From positions 120,188 through 184,187 of the IMG/VR virus record IMGVR_UViG_3300029319_000003: DNA of 64,000 bases; one strand, given 5' to 3'. Position numbers and translations under genes: made by a program. Source of the DNA: a virus. Every line of letters starts with the position of its first letter. Within the stretch, counting starts at the first letter, position 1. Positions 27,825-36,131 of this stretch are shown here, in pieces. The notes below the pieces were generated by a model. It was not told the origin of the DNA, ran no database searches, and was given only the letters and a program-made list of their open reading frames with translations.

Positions 27825-28159
27825 TGGTGGAGGCGGCGGGAATCGAACCCGCGTCCAAAATAAGTCCAATATAAGTCGTTCACAAGTTTAGTCAGTTTCT
27901 ATCACCCACTGACAAAGATAGACGGTTGTAATCTAATGCTTACCGTCCTGTTGCATTAGATGGTTTGATTTTTACAACTTGTCTGTTGTTTTGCTCAAAT
28001 TGGATAGAAGGTTTTGAGCGACCTCCCGACTAAGCAGCGAGTGCTACAGCGTCGAAGTGTGTGTTGTTATTTGCAACTATTGTGTTTGAACGATTAAGGT
28101 TGTATCTCACCTACTTGCACTTTTTCTCTTTCTTACCCTGTCGAATCCGTATCGCCCCC
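27825..28159 (-). ncRNA. ssrA: tmRNA (transfer-messenger RNA), tag (A)NNNTHFDAVALAA
   Basis: 5' GGGGGCGATACGGATTCGAC, 3' GGTTCGATTCCCGCCGCCTCCACCA, G3-U70 pair; tag ORF 28074-28030 after ATAGTT resume context, ending ALAA-TAG. Confidence 0.96.
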
Positions 28160-28564
28160 TTTGAATCTTTTACTAATATAGCCTCTCTTGGAGCCTTTGT
28201 CAAGTTCTTTTTCAGAAAAATATTCTTCAATCTTAAATTTTTCTTGAAGTTTGTAGAAGTGGCTGGGAGTGAGTCCTAAGAATCTCATCGCCTCGCCTTT
28301 GGTTCTAGTTGCTGAGAAAGTATATTTCAAGACAGCATCTTGCACAATGTCTTTTAAAGAATGCCATAGCGGTAGTCCATACAAAGCACTGCCTGCCGAC
28401 TTCGAAGCCAACTCCAGTTTTAGACCGATCACTTCCTCCAGTGTCAGACTGTTTAACATGATTTCGAATTGATAGTTCGAACGCTTTTCTTTCCTCAGTT
28501 TACGAATAAGTGAGTACTCAGCGTTAACCCCTTTATGAATTCTTCTTTTCTTATTCCAAGGCAT
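28133..28564 (-). CDS. Fis-like helix-turn-helix protein whose 3' end overlaps the ssrA promoter and 5' end
   Basis: RTKGEAMRFLGLTPSHFYKL resembles the Fis-type HTH; the stop lies inside the tmRNA. Confidence 0.65.
   Translation of the reverse strand: MPWNKKRRIHKGVNAEYSLIRKLRKEKRSNYQFEIMLNSLTLEEVIGLKLELASKSAGSALYGLPLWHSLKDIVQDAVLKYTFSATRTKGEAMRFLGLTPSHFYKLQEKFKIEEYFSEKELDKGSKRGYISKRFKGGDTDSTG
28175..28203 (-). promoter_or_regulatory. sigma70-type promoter of ssrA
   Basis: TTGACA-17 bp-TATATT, 15 nt before the tmRNA 5' end. Confidence 0.85.
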
Positions 28565-28778
28565 TAAGAGCCTCGATCAGATCTGACTTTTTCAATTTAT
28601 AGTATTGTGAAATTTCTTTCTCTTTAGCAATTGCTTTTAGTTCACTTACCGTCATTGAACTGTAATCAATATCTTCTTTAATCTCTTTCGTTTCTTCTTT
28701 TTCAACATTATCAAAGAAACCGTTTGGATAGAATTTCTCTAAAGCCTTTGCAATCTCAAGACGTTTCTTAATAGACAT
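28551..28778 (-). CDS. Rho-N (Rho termination factor N-terminal-like) domain protein
   Basis: DYSSMTVSELKAIAKEKEISQYYKLKKSDLIEAL. Confidence 0.85.
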   Translation of the reverse strand: MSIKKRLEIAKALEKFYPNGFFDNVEKEETKEIKEDIDYSSMTVSELKAIAKEKEISQYYKLKKSDLIEALNALE

Positions 28779-28816
28779 AAGATCTTAACCTCATCACTCA
28801 TAAGTAGTAGTTAATA

Positions 28817-28855
28817 AAAGAAGAAGGAGGTACCTAATAAGATACCTCCTTTCTC
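28817..28855 (-). terminator. Intrinsic terminator
   Basis: AAGGAGGTA-TCTTATTAGG-TACCTCCTT followed by CTTCTTTT on the minus strand. Confidence 0.75.
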
Positions 28856-28916
28856 AGCGTCTGTTAAGTTAGTTAAGTCAGTTTTGACAACTTTTTTACA
28901 ATTAATAATTTAACTA

Positions 28917-30179
28917 TCAAGTAGAGTCAGATGACACATTCCAAGAAAGTACGAAACCAAGCCCGGTTGAGCCGAGTTCTTCATTATCTGCGAGTGTACT
29001 GCCATCATCCTTAAGAGAGCCAGAAAACGGAAGTCGCGCAGCCGATTCATTATCTGTGTTCGCGGGTACAATCCACTCTACAATAATACCATCAGCGCCA
29101 GCGGAAGCATAATCCAAAGAAGCCTTCATGTCGATAGTACCGGCAGTCTGTGCAGTACTGGCAGAACCTGTGGCAGCGCTCATGCCCGTGATAGCAGTAA
29201 GAGTGGTACCGTTGAGTTGCCAGACGCGCATTGAATCGCCATCAGCAAGAGCACCGTACAACATTAAGTTAATTGCTTTACCAGAAGCCCATGACTCGGG
29301 CTTGATTGTGAGATAAGCAGCGGTACCGCCTCGGCTGACTCCATTGAAGTCTTGGTGATACTTTACAGCAGGACCGGCAGGGTCAAACAAAAGACCAGTG
29401 TCATCAGTGATAACTGTTCCACCGCCCTTGGTCGTACTGGCACGCTCATCGAGAAAGTGAAGGGCATGTGTTCCAGCAGCAGCGACAGCGGCAACGCCGC
29501 CGACAAAGTTTGTTGCGGTAGTTGTGGCAACGCCAGACATATCAACAGCAGTGTTGCCAGAGGAACCAGCAGCCTGCTGGGTTAGAGTCATCCCCCCAGA
29601 ACTGGTTTCAGTGGGAGTTATTGCAGCATCGGAGGCAGTAATTGCTGCTCTAATCCTATCTCCGACTGCCGCTGCTGAACCAGTCGCACCACTAACCCCG
29701 ATGATAACATTGGAGCCGTCCTTGGTCCCATCTACAGTTGAAACGCCGGTCTTAAAAACAAATGTCACTGCTGTTCCAGCAGCATCCGTAAGGGTAAAGG
29801 TTTCGTCGTTGCCGGGGTTTCCAGTGGTGGTAATTGTTGCAGTTGCAGCCTCGGCAATATCAGTATCGGAAAGCCCAGAAAGCAGCCCATCACCAGCCTC
29901 CATCTTTGTGGAAGTCGATTCCCAAGAAGACACTCGACCCTTCAAATCATCAAGCAGGATTTTATCACCATTTGTAAAGGGACGCTTTGGTCCATCGTAC
30001 ATGTGGTCCGACAACATCAGCAGATCTAAAAGATACTCTTGTCCATTCGCAATCTGCGTAGCGGTTAAAGCCTGTTCTGTCTTGGTTGCTTCTGTGCCAC
30101 CTACAACAGAACTGCTGTAAAATTTCTTATGAAGTCGAGCGAACGCCCCACCTAATTTTCTCTTTCTTGGGTTTCCCAT
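28917..30179 (-). CDS. Putative virion structural protein (Gly/Ala/Thr-rich, carries the shared module)
   Basis: ATATITTTGNPGNDETFTLTDAAGTAVTFVFKTG...LTQQAAGSSGNTAV module; basic N-terminus. Confidence 0.65.
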   Translation of the reverse strand: MGNPRKRKLGGAFARLHKKFYSSSVVGGTEATKTEQALTATQIANGQEYLLDLLMLSDHMYDGPKRPFTNGDKILLDDLKGRVSSWESTSTKMEAGDGLLSGLSDTDIAEAATATITTTGNPGNDETFTLTDAAGTAVTFVFKTGVSTVDGTKDGSNVIIGVSGATGSAAAVGDRIRAAITASDAAITPTETSSGGMTLTQQAAGSSGNTAVDMSGVATTTATNFVGGVAAVAAAGTHALHFLDERASTTKGGGTVITDDTGLLFDPAGPAVKYHQDFNGVSRGGTAAYLTIKPESWASGKAINLMLYGALADGDSMRVWQLNGTTLTAITGMSAATGSASTAQTAGTIDMKASLDYASAGADGIIVEWIVPANTDNESAARLPFSGSLKDDGSTLADNEELGSTGLGFVLSWNVSSDST

Positions 30180-30278
30180 TGTTTTTATTTCCTCCGATAT
30201 TCAATCTCAAGATTGTAATAATCTACACTACTATATAGTCTCATGTATTTGTATTTGCCTGTGATGTGGTGACTTTCT

Positions 30279-31145
30279 TTATAGACCAAGATCTTCTAGT
30301 TCTTCGTCACCACCAAGGTCTTCTTCGCCACCTTCGACTTCGGCGTCTTCGCCTTCTTCATCGCCGGCTTCCATATCATCTTTTTCTTCTTCATACTCAG
30401 GAGTTGTAGGCTCTGGAAGTGTTTGAGACAGTTCGTCTTCAAACTTATCAAAATACAACTTAGCGTTCGTCAGAAGGTAATCATAAAATAAATTTTGATC
30501 TTCTTCGTTTGCTAACAGTGAGTATGCGTCAATAATTTGTTGTTCAATTTTATCAAAGGTTGCCTGAGCAAAGTTCCGTCCGGTTTGGTCTTCGCCATCA
30601 ATTCCGAACTCTTCACCTTCTTCACCTTCCCCACCAGAAATATCAATAAATGCTCCGTCAGCGTCTTCGCCTTCTGAATCGCCACCAGCGGCTAACGCTT
30701 CATCGTCCACTGCAAGTTCAATTTCAACTTCATCAAGCGCGACCTCTTCCATTGATAATGGCTCATCCATACCGGGTATATCGCCACCCTCACCGGCTGA
30801 CTTCGCGGCTTTAGCGGGGGCAATTGCATTCTGCATTGCGTTAACGATGTGAGCGCGGTATGACTCTCTTTGTGTAGGATCAGTAGTTAATTGCTTATAG
30901 TCAACTTCAATAACGGGTACGATCTTCTTAAGCAGATCCGCAAGCACATTGATACCAGTAGAAGCGTGAGGAGCCTCTGAGTCAGTTTCCTCAACAAGAA
31001 TGCTTCGGATTAAGGAACGCAACTTACGCTCTTGAATCAAGCGTGTGTCAACCTTATCTTTCCGACGCGACTTGACAACCTTAATTGCTCTTTTAATTTC
31101 TTCTCTGAGTTTCAACTCTTCAATGTATTTCGAACGCGAAATCAT
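30279..31145 (-). CDS. Acidic protein, putative internal head protein
   Basis: RKLRSLIRSILVEE motif; Glu/Asp-rich C-terminus. Confidence 0.6.
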   Translation of the reverse strand: MISRSKYIEELKLREEIKRAIKVVKSRRKDKVDTRLIQERKLRSLIRSILVEETDSEAPHASTGINVLADLLKKIVPVIEVDYKQLTTDPTQRESYRAHIVNAMQNAIAPAKAAKSAGEGGDIPGMDEPLSMEEVALDEVEIELAVDDEALAAGGDSEGEDADGAFIDISGGEGEEGEEFGIDGEDQTGRNFAQATFDKIEQQIIDAYSLLANEEDQNLFYDYLLTNAKLYFDKFEDELSQTLPEPTTPEYEEEKDDMEAGDEEGEDAEVEGGEEDLGGDEELEDLGL

Positions 31146-33754
31146 AATCTTTCTCCCGCTTGTGATGCACTATAATTAGGTGCCGCTTTCTCTAAAATCA
31201 AATTTAATACTTCTTCAATTATACTTTCCGATTCGTCCAATGCGCCCTTATAACTGACTTTTGGATATTCGCGTGCAAGTTCTAGAAGTTCCCGAATCGG
31301 CATATCAACTCTAATGACACCAAACATGCCACCCTCTTCCATCATCCGCACAGCCCACCATCTGTGGTGACCGTCAACAAGATAATTGTCACTTGAAATA
31401 ATTGCAGGCTTGCCAAATGCTAAATACTCTTGAGACTTCGCTTGCATCATGCCATCGACTTTTTCCATATTCAATTCTTTTTGAATTGGTTTAAGATCCG
31501 CTACAGAAACCTTGTCTGGCTTTGAGGCGACACCTTGAGACTCCAGCCAAGATCTAAAATCCTGTACATCTCCTGAAGAAATTTGTGGCATCTCTTCTCG
31601 CGCCACACCCAACGACTCGGGGAACTCTACAATGCCCGGTCCTTTAAGTTCTTTATAAACTCGGCGCACCTCTTCAGGGGCTTCTTCTTCGTGAGGGTCG
31701 TCAATGATTTCGCCGGATGAGCCAGAGGACACATCGTGTGCATCAGCAAATCCAGCCTGTTTATATTTCTTTTGCTTTTTGACAAATGCTTGCCCAGCAT
31801 ACCCCGAAACATTGCCGCTTTGAACATTGTTTATCTCATCCAAAGCCTCGTTGATCAACCGAAATAAATCGGCAGAGCGAAAGGATTCGGCAACTGCCTC
31901 CACCTCCGACTCTGGCTGTGGTTCATTAACCAAATCAGGGCGCACGATTTCCCACGCTAAATTAATTGCTTCGGGATTTTTCAATGGAGTGAACTTTGCA
32001 AACTGTTCTTTCTTACCGCATGCAATAAAGTCATCCCGCATTTGCGTCCCTGAGACGCCGCCCGCCATCATAGGAGTGTTGACCTGCTCAACGGTGATAC
32101 CAAGTTGCTTTTTGTCTGCCCATGCTTGTGCATTTTTAAAGCGGTGGTCGGATTCATCTTTCTCGCCTTTGCCCAACATTACTATTGTGCCTTGTTCCAT
32201 TTGCTCCATGAAGTCATAGGTTGATTTCACAGGACTCTCTGAAGTTGCAATAGAGGCAATGATTTTTCCTCTCAAACCATTTTCAGCGATGTAGAGTTTC
32301 CACAGTCTCAGCGATTGTTCTTTTTTAATTTCTAGTCGTGTTTCCCCACAGTGACCTGCTCGCGGCTTTGGCGAGATAAGCACATGAACCATGTCAGCAG
32401 CGGGTCGCCCATCCTTACCAGCATCTAAAAACCACTTAGCGCCCAAGAAGTGTCCTGCGTGTGGAGGTTTAAATCCACCGGGAACAATAGCAATAACGCG
32501 ACCACCAGTGGCTGTTTCATCGTCTCCTTCGGCTTCACCGAGAGCACGGGCTTCCCCGCGTCCGTATTTGAAAAGCCCAAGAATTTGGTTCATGGGTGCA
32601 AAGTTTCCTGTGAACTTATATGTGATACCATCCCAGTCAAAAACAAATCCTTCGCTGGCAGTTTCAACATTTTCAACAGCCTTCAACTTTTCCATTTGTT
32701 TCTGTAGGATCTTCATGTGGGCTGCATTATCTTCAGCCGCTTCAATTCCCTGAATAGCCTTTGCAACCTCGCCTTGCAATCGCTTAACTTCTTTTTTATT
32801 GTCAAGAATAAACGCGCTTTGCAGTCCCTTCAACATTGCCACGGCAAAATCGTGGATAGCGTTTTCTAGTGGTCGAATGATTTCTGATTTAATTTTACCA
32901 GTTTCCCCGACTAATTCACGAACAGCAACCTTGCCGTCTTTGTCCAAGCCTTTATAAACATCTGTAAGTTTGACACCTTTGACGCCAAGCATTCTCTTCA
33001 GCAGGAGCATTTGGTTTTGGTCTGGAAGATCGGGCAATCGTTGGTCAATGATGGGTCCAAGTTTGGTAACCATGTATTGATCGATGCTCATGCCATCGTT
33101 GCCGCCCATCTTGTCAATCGCAGCGATGACCGACTTAAGTGCCTCATCGTTGTCGAGTGCTTTAAGGTTGCGAATGGCGTTCATTTGGACTTGGTAGTCG
33201 TCACCCTGAATAGCCGTTTGCATGCGCTCTAGTGCCCCTCTAAGCGCTTCTACGTTGCCGCTAACGTCTTTGTCCGTTACCTGTCCAGTTTCTCTGTCAT
33301 ACTCGGTGTGACCTTGCTGATGGATGACCAATCCCTTCACGTCATAGTTTACAACATTGGGGCTTGCCGGATCCATCACCTCGGCGTTATACCAGATATT
33401 TGCATCGGCACCAAAGATTGCAGATTGAGCGTCTGGGTCCAAACTTGCTGCTGCTTTTTCGAATGCCTGAAAAGATTTTACGAAAGCATCGCGAAGATTT
33501 GGATTGTCGTGTGAAGCAAACTTGTCTGCTAAACCTTGTGCATCGAGCCCGCCGGCTTTGATGTTGCCTTTGTTTCGTGCAGCCTTCGCTTTGTTTTCAG
33601 GAACAGAATAGGAGATCATAATGTTCTGACCGTCCACCTTTTCGGTGCCCTCTAGTTCACCGGCAGATGCCTTGCTCAGAATATTTTTAATATCACCAAA
33701 TGTGAGATCACCATTATCATATAGGTGATTCATATGTCCCTGTAGGGCACCCAT
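31142..33754 (-). CDS. Three-domain fusion: ligase-like nucleotidyltransferase + HIGH nucleotidyltransferase + ParB/Srx-like domain
   Basis: GHMNHLYD...TEKVDGQN and SEGFVF...YKFTG; PGGFKPPHAGH...SGTQMRD; DLKPIQKE...IISSDNYLVDGHHRW. Confidence 0.75.
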   Translation of the reverse strand: MGALQGHMNHLYDNGDLTFGDIKNILSKASAGELEGTEKVDGQNIMISYSVPENKAKAARNKGNIKAGGLDAQGLADKFASHDNPNLRDAFVKSFQAFEKAAASLDPDAQSAIFGADANIWYNAEVMDPASPNVVNYDVKGLVIHQQGHTEYDRETGQVTDKDVSGNVEALRGALERMQTAIQGDDYQVQMNAIRNLKALDNDEALKSVIAAIDKMGGNDGMSIDQYMVTKLGPIIDQRLPDLPDQNQMLLLKRMLGVKGVKLTDVYKGLDKDGKVAVRELVGETGKIKSEIIRPLENAIHDFAVAMLKGLQSAFILDNKKEVKRLQGEVAKAIQGIEAAEDNAAHMKILQKQMEKLKAVENVETASEGFVFDWDGITYKFTGNFAPMNQILGLFKYGRGEARALGEAEGDDETATGGRVIAIVPGGFKPPHAGHFLGAKWFLDAGKDGRPAADMVHVLISPKPRAGHCGETRLEIKKEQSLRLWKLYIAENGLRGKIIASIATSESPVKSTYDFMEQMEQGTIVMLGKGEKDESDHRFKNAQAWADKKQLGITVEQVNTPMMAGGVSGTQMRDDFIACGKKEQFAKFTPLKNPEAINLAWEIVRPDLVNEPQPESEVEAVAESFRSADLFRLINEALDEINNVQSGNVSGYAGQAFVKKQKKYKQAGFADAHDVSSGSSGEIIDDPHEEEAPEEVRRVYKELKGPGIVEFPESLGVAREEMPQISSGDVQDFRSWLESQGVASKPDKVSVADLKPIQKELNMEKVDGMMQAKSQEYLAFGKPAIISSDNYLVDGHHRWWAVRMMEEGGMFGVIRVDMPIRELLELAREYPKVSYKGALDESESIIEEVLNLILEKAAPNYSASQAGERL

Positions 33755-33756
33755 CT

Positions 33757-34032
33757 TTAACTCTCCTTACTCTCTTCAAGAACCGAGAGTTTTTCTTCAA
33801 GCAAGGTCAACTTTTCTTCAGCAATTTGAACTTGCTCTTCTAACATTTTAACACGCTTGCGAACTTCTCGCAAGTGATTTTTTGCCATAATAATTCGGTT
33901 GCGCTCGGCTTTAGAGCGACCTTTCAGCGATTCAAGAAGATCTCCAATTGATTGGATGTATCCAGTAACAGTTGGCTTATCAGCCTTCCATTCGCCCAAA
34001 ATAAACTTCTTTGTCATTCTATCAAAATTCAT
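33757..34032 (-). CDS. Small coiled-coil protein
   Basis: Heptad-like KMLEEQVQIAEEKLTLLEEKL; CTATTTA motif upstream. Confidence 0.75.
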   Translation of the reverse strand: MNFDRMTKKFILGEWKADKPTVTGYIQSIGDLLESLKGRSKAERNRIIMAKNHLREVRKRVKMLEEQVQIAEEKLTLLEEKLSVLEESKES

Positions 34033-34067
34033 GATTGTGTCCTCGCCTATAAATAGTAAAAAATATT

Positions 34068-36113
34068 CTAACTGTTAGATCCTGTTAGAGTTAAACCGTC
34101 ATATCCCTTGGTAACAACATACGCTGACCCGCTCACTGTGTAACCACCGTTGTCAAACAACTTGATGTATGTAATGTTTGTAGTGCCGTGCGTAGCAACA
34201 GGAGTCATTCCATTTGGACCAGCATGATCTTGCGTTAATTTAAAATATCCATCGCCGGCAGAACTGTGATCATCTGCGGTAATTGCAACTTTAGTTTGAG
34301 CATTCATTGTTGAAACAACTCTGTCAGCAAGTTGCTCATATCCAGTTGCGCCGCCTGATAGACCTGATAGACCCACTTCGTAGTACCCATCACCATCAAT
34401 GACGGAGGCATCTGAAGTTGTAACCCCACCTTTGAACTTAAGGGTGATTGAGATGCCCCGAGCATCTTTAAAGGTCACGCGGCTGTTTGCATTGGGAAAA
34501 CCAGTAAATCTTAGAATCATTGTTGCGTATTCATATGAGGCGTTTCGAAGCGAACCCGGTCCTTTTCGGTAAAGAGAGAATGGCACCTGCTCGATAGCCT
34601 TAGTGCCACCAGCATCAGCGTGAGGAACGCCCTTAATGTGTTCTGCTGATAGTTGTTCAATCGTTGCATCACAAATATTGTATCTCTTCTCTTCGTCAAT
34701 ACAAGTTGGGCAATGCACGTTAATGGTTACAGTTGATGTAGATTCGAAACCACACTCAGTTTTTATTTTCCAAGGAATGGTGACACTGCCTGACCAGTTG
34801 ATAGGCGGGATATAAGTCATAATTCCAAGCGCAGATGAATTCGAACCGCTTCCGTGACATGGGTGTGGATCGGTTCCATCAGCGCCATAGCCGGTGTTTG
34901 AAGGTCGCGGCGAGCCTCCGGTCGGATAGTATACCCCATCAGCACAAGGCTCGGCGGTGGTGGCATCGGGACAAGAGAAATACAATTGTCCCAAATCCGA
35001 ACCGTTAGATGGATCCAAAGTTGGGTTAGAGGTGGTATGGAAACATTGCGCTTCCGCTCCTCCAACTTGCCGTCCGTCGAGAGCAAAGGTAATATAATTT
35101 GTAGTGGGATCTGTAGTGCCTGTTGTTGTTAAATTGCAATCCACATAAAATGATTGATCAAATGTGCATGGATACAGGTTACAACATGGAATTGCAACCT
35201 CGGCGGCACCACAACCATCAGTGCTAGCAAGATGTTCAAACTGCCATTCAGTCATTCTTGTAGATTGAAGTTGTTTGTCTTCTGCAATTGCATTTGATCC
35301 GGTATAATAATTCAACAGCGCTGGGTTTGTTGTCCACAAAAGAGAGCCGCATTTGGTAGTAGCAATAACCATATACTTGTATTTGTGAGATTGACACCCG
35401 TACTCACCGCCTGCTTCACAGTTTTTTGCAAGTGACCAGAATGTGCCGGGGGCTACACCATCTGTAATGCTGGCGAGCGAGTGCCCTTCGTCGTCTTCCG
35501 CTCCTGTACCTGATGATCCAGTTAGGTGATGCTTGGTTGGAATCTTGCCAACAAAATATGTGGTTCTGCCCATAGGATACGTTGCCCATGAGCCCGTACC
35601 TGCGGTGCCGGGGGCTACCTGTACAGACGTACTGTCTTGAAAGGTTGTTGCAGTAGAACCAGTTGTATGAACCAGTTGCCAGTTGCCTCGTCCATATGTA
35701 TTCCAATCTGCGGCTGTGACCCCTTCTCCATCATCAAATGGACCGGAACTGTGCAAACGCCAAATTTGAAGTTGGTCAATACTGTCTGTCAAGGGTGTTG
35801 GTCCCGACGTATCAGATGCCGGCGCAGACCAAGTTAAAGCGACAACAGCGTTGTATTCTACGCTTGTATCTTCTGGACAAGAGTCGGTATCGGATCTGAT
35901 AGTCGCTGAGAGCGTGCGGCACAATGGTAAAGGATTACAATAAATCGTACCGGCTTCAGAATAAACAGGGCTGGTATTCTCAACATCGTGGGCGTTTTCT
36001 ACTTTAGCGCCGAGGTTGTTGCAAACAACTTCGTGCTCTAAGGCTTTTAAATCGCCTTGCTCGGGACACTCAGAGCCAGCCCTAATGACCTTCGTTATAA
36101 CAGGTATCGACAT
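34068..36113 (-). CDS. Cys-rich putative virion surface/fibre protein with FN3-like and shared module
   Basis: VALTWSAPASD...QIWRL (FN3-like); many Cys; C-terminal FTGFPNANSRVTFKDARG...LTQDHAGPNG module. Confidence 0.6.
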   Translation of the reverse strand: MSIPVITKVIRAGSECPEQGDLKALEHEVVCNNLGAKVENAHDVENTSPVYSEAGTIYCNPLPLCRTLSATIRSDTDSCPEDTSVEYNAVVALTWSAPASDTSGPTPLTDSIDQLQIWRLHSSGPFDDGEGVTAADWNTYGRGNWQLVHTTGSTATTFQDSTSVQVAPGTAGTGSWATYPMGRTTYFVGKIPTKHHLTGSSGTGAEDDEGHSLASITDGVAPGTFWSLAKNCEAGGEYGCQSHKYKYMVIATTKCGSLLWTTNPALLNYYTGSNAIAEDKQLQSTRMTEWQFEHLASTDGCGAAEVAIPCCNLYPCTFDQSFYVDCNLTTTGTTDPTTNYITFALDGRQVGGAEAQCFHTTSNPTLDPSNGSDLGQLYFSCPDATTAEPCADGVYYPTGGSPRPSNTGYGADGTDPHPCHGSGSNSSALGIMTYIPPINWSGSVTIPWKIKTECGFESTSTVTINVHCPTCIDEEKRYNICDATIEQLSAEHIKGVPHADAGGTKAIEQVPFSLYRKGPGSLRNASYEYATMILRFTGFPNANSRVTFKDARGISITLKFKGGVTTSDASVIDGDGYYEVGLSGLSGGATGYEQLADRVVSTMNAQTKVAITADDHSSAGDGYFKLTQDHAGPNGMTPVATHGTTNITYIKLFDNGGYTVSGSAYVVTKGYDGLTLTGSNS

Positions 36114-36131
36114 TTATTTACGCTCCTTCAA

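Noticed and set aside
28917-30179. Tail sheath protein call for the 420-aa ORF
   Set aside because: Only the insertion-like module is similar; no sheath core or C-terminal sheath motifs are visible.
31360-31500. Second ligase motif EKVDG in the ParB-like domain
   Set aside because: It sits in a predicted helix of the ParB fold without the other ligase motifs; most likely coincidence.
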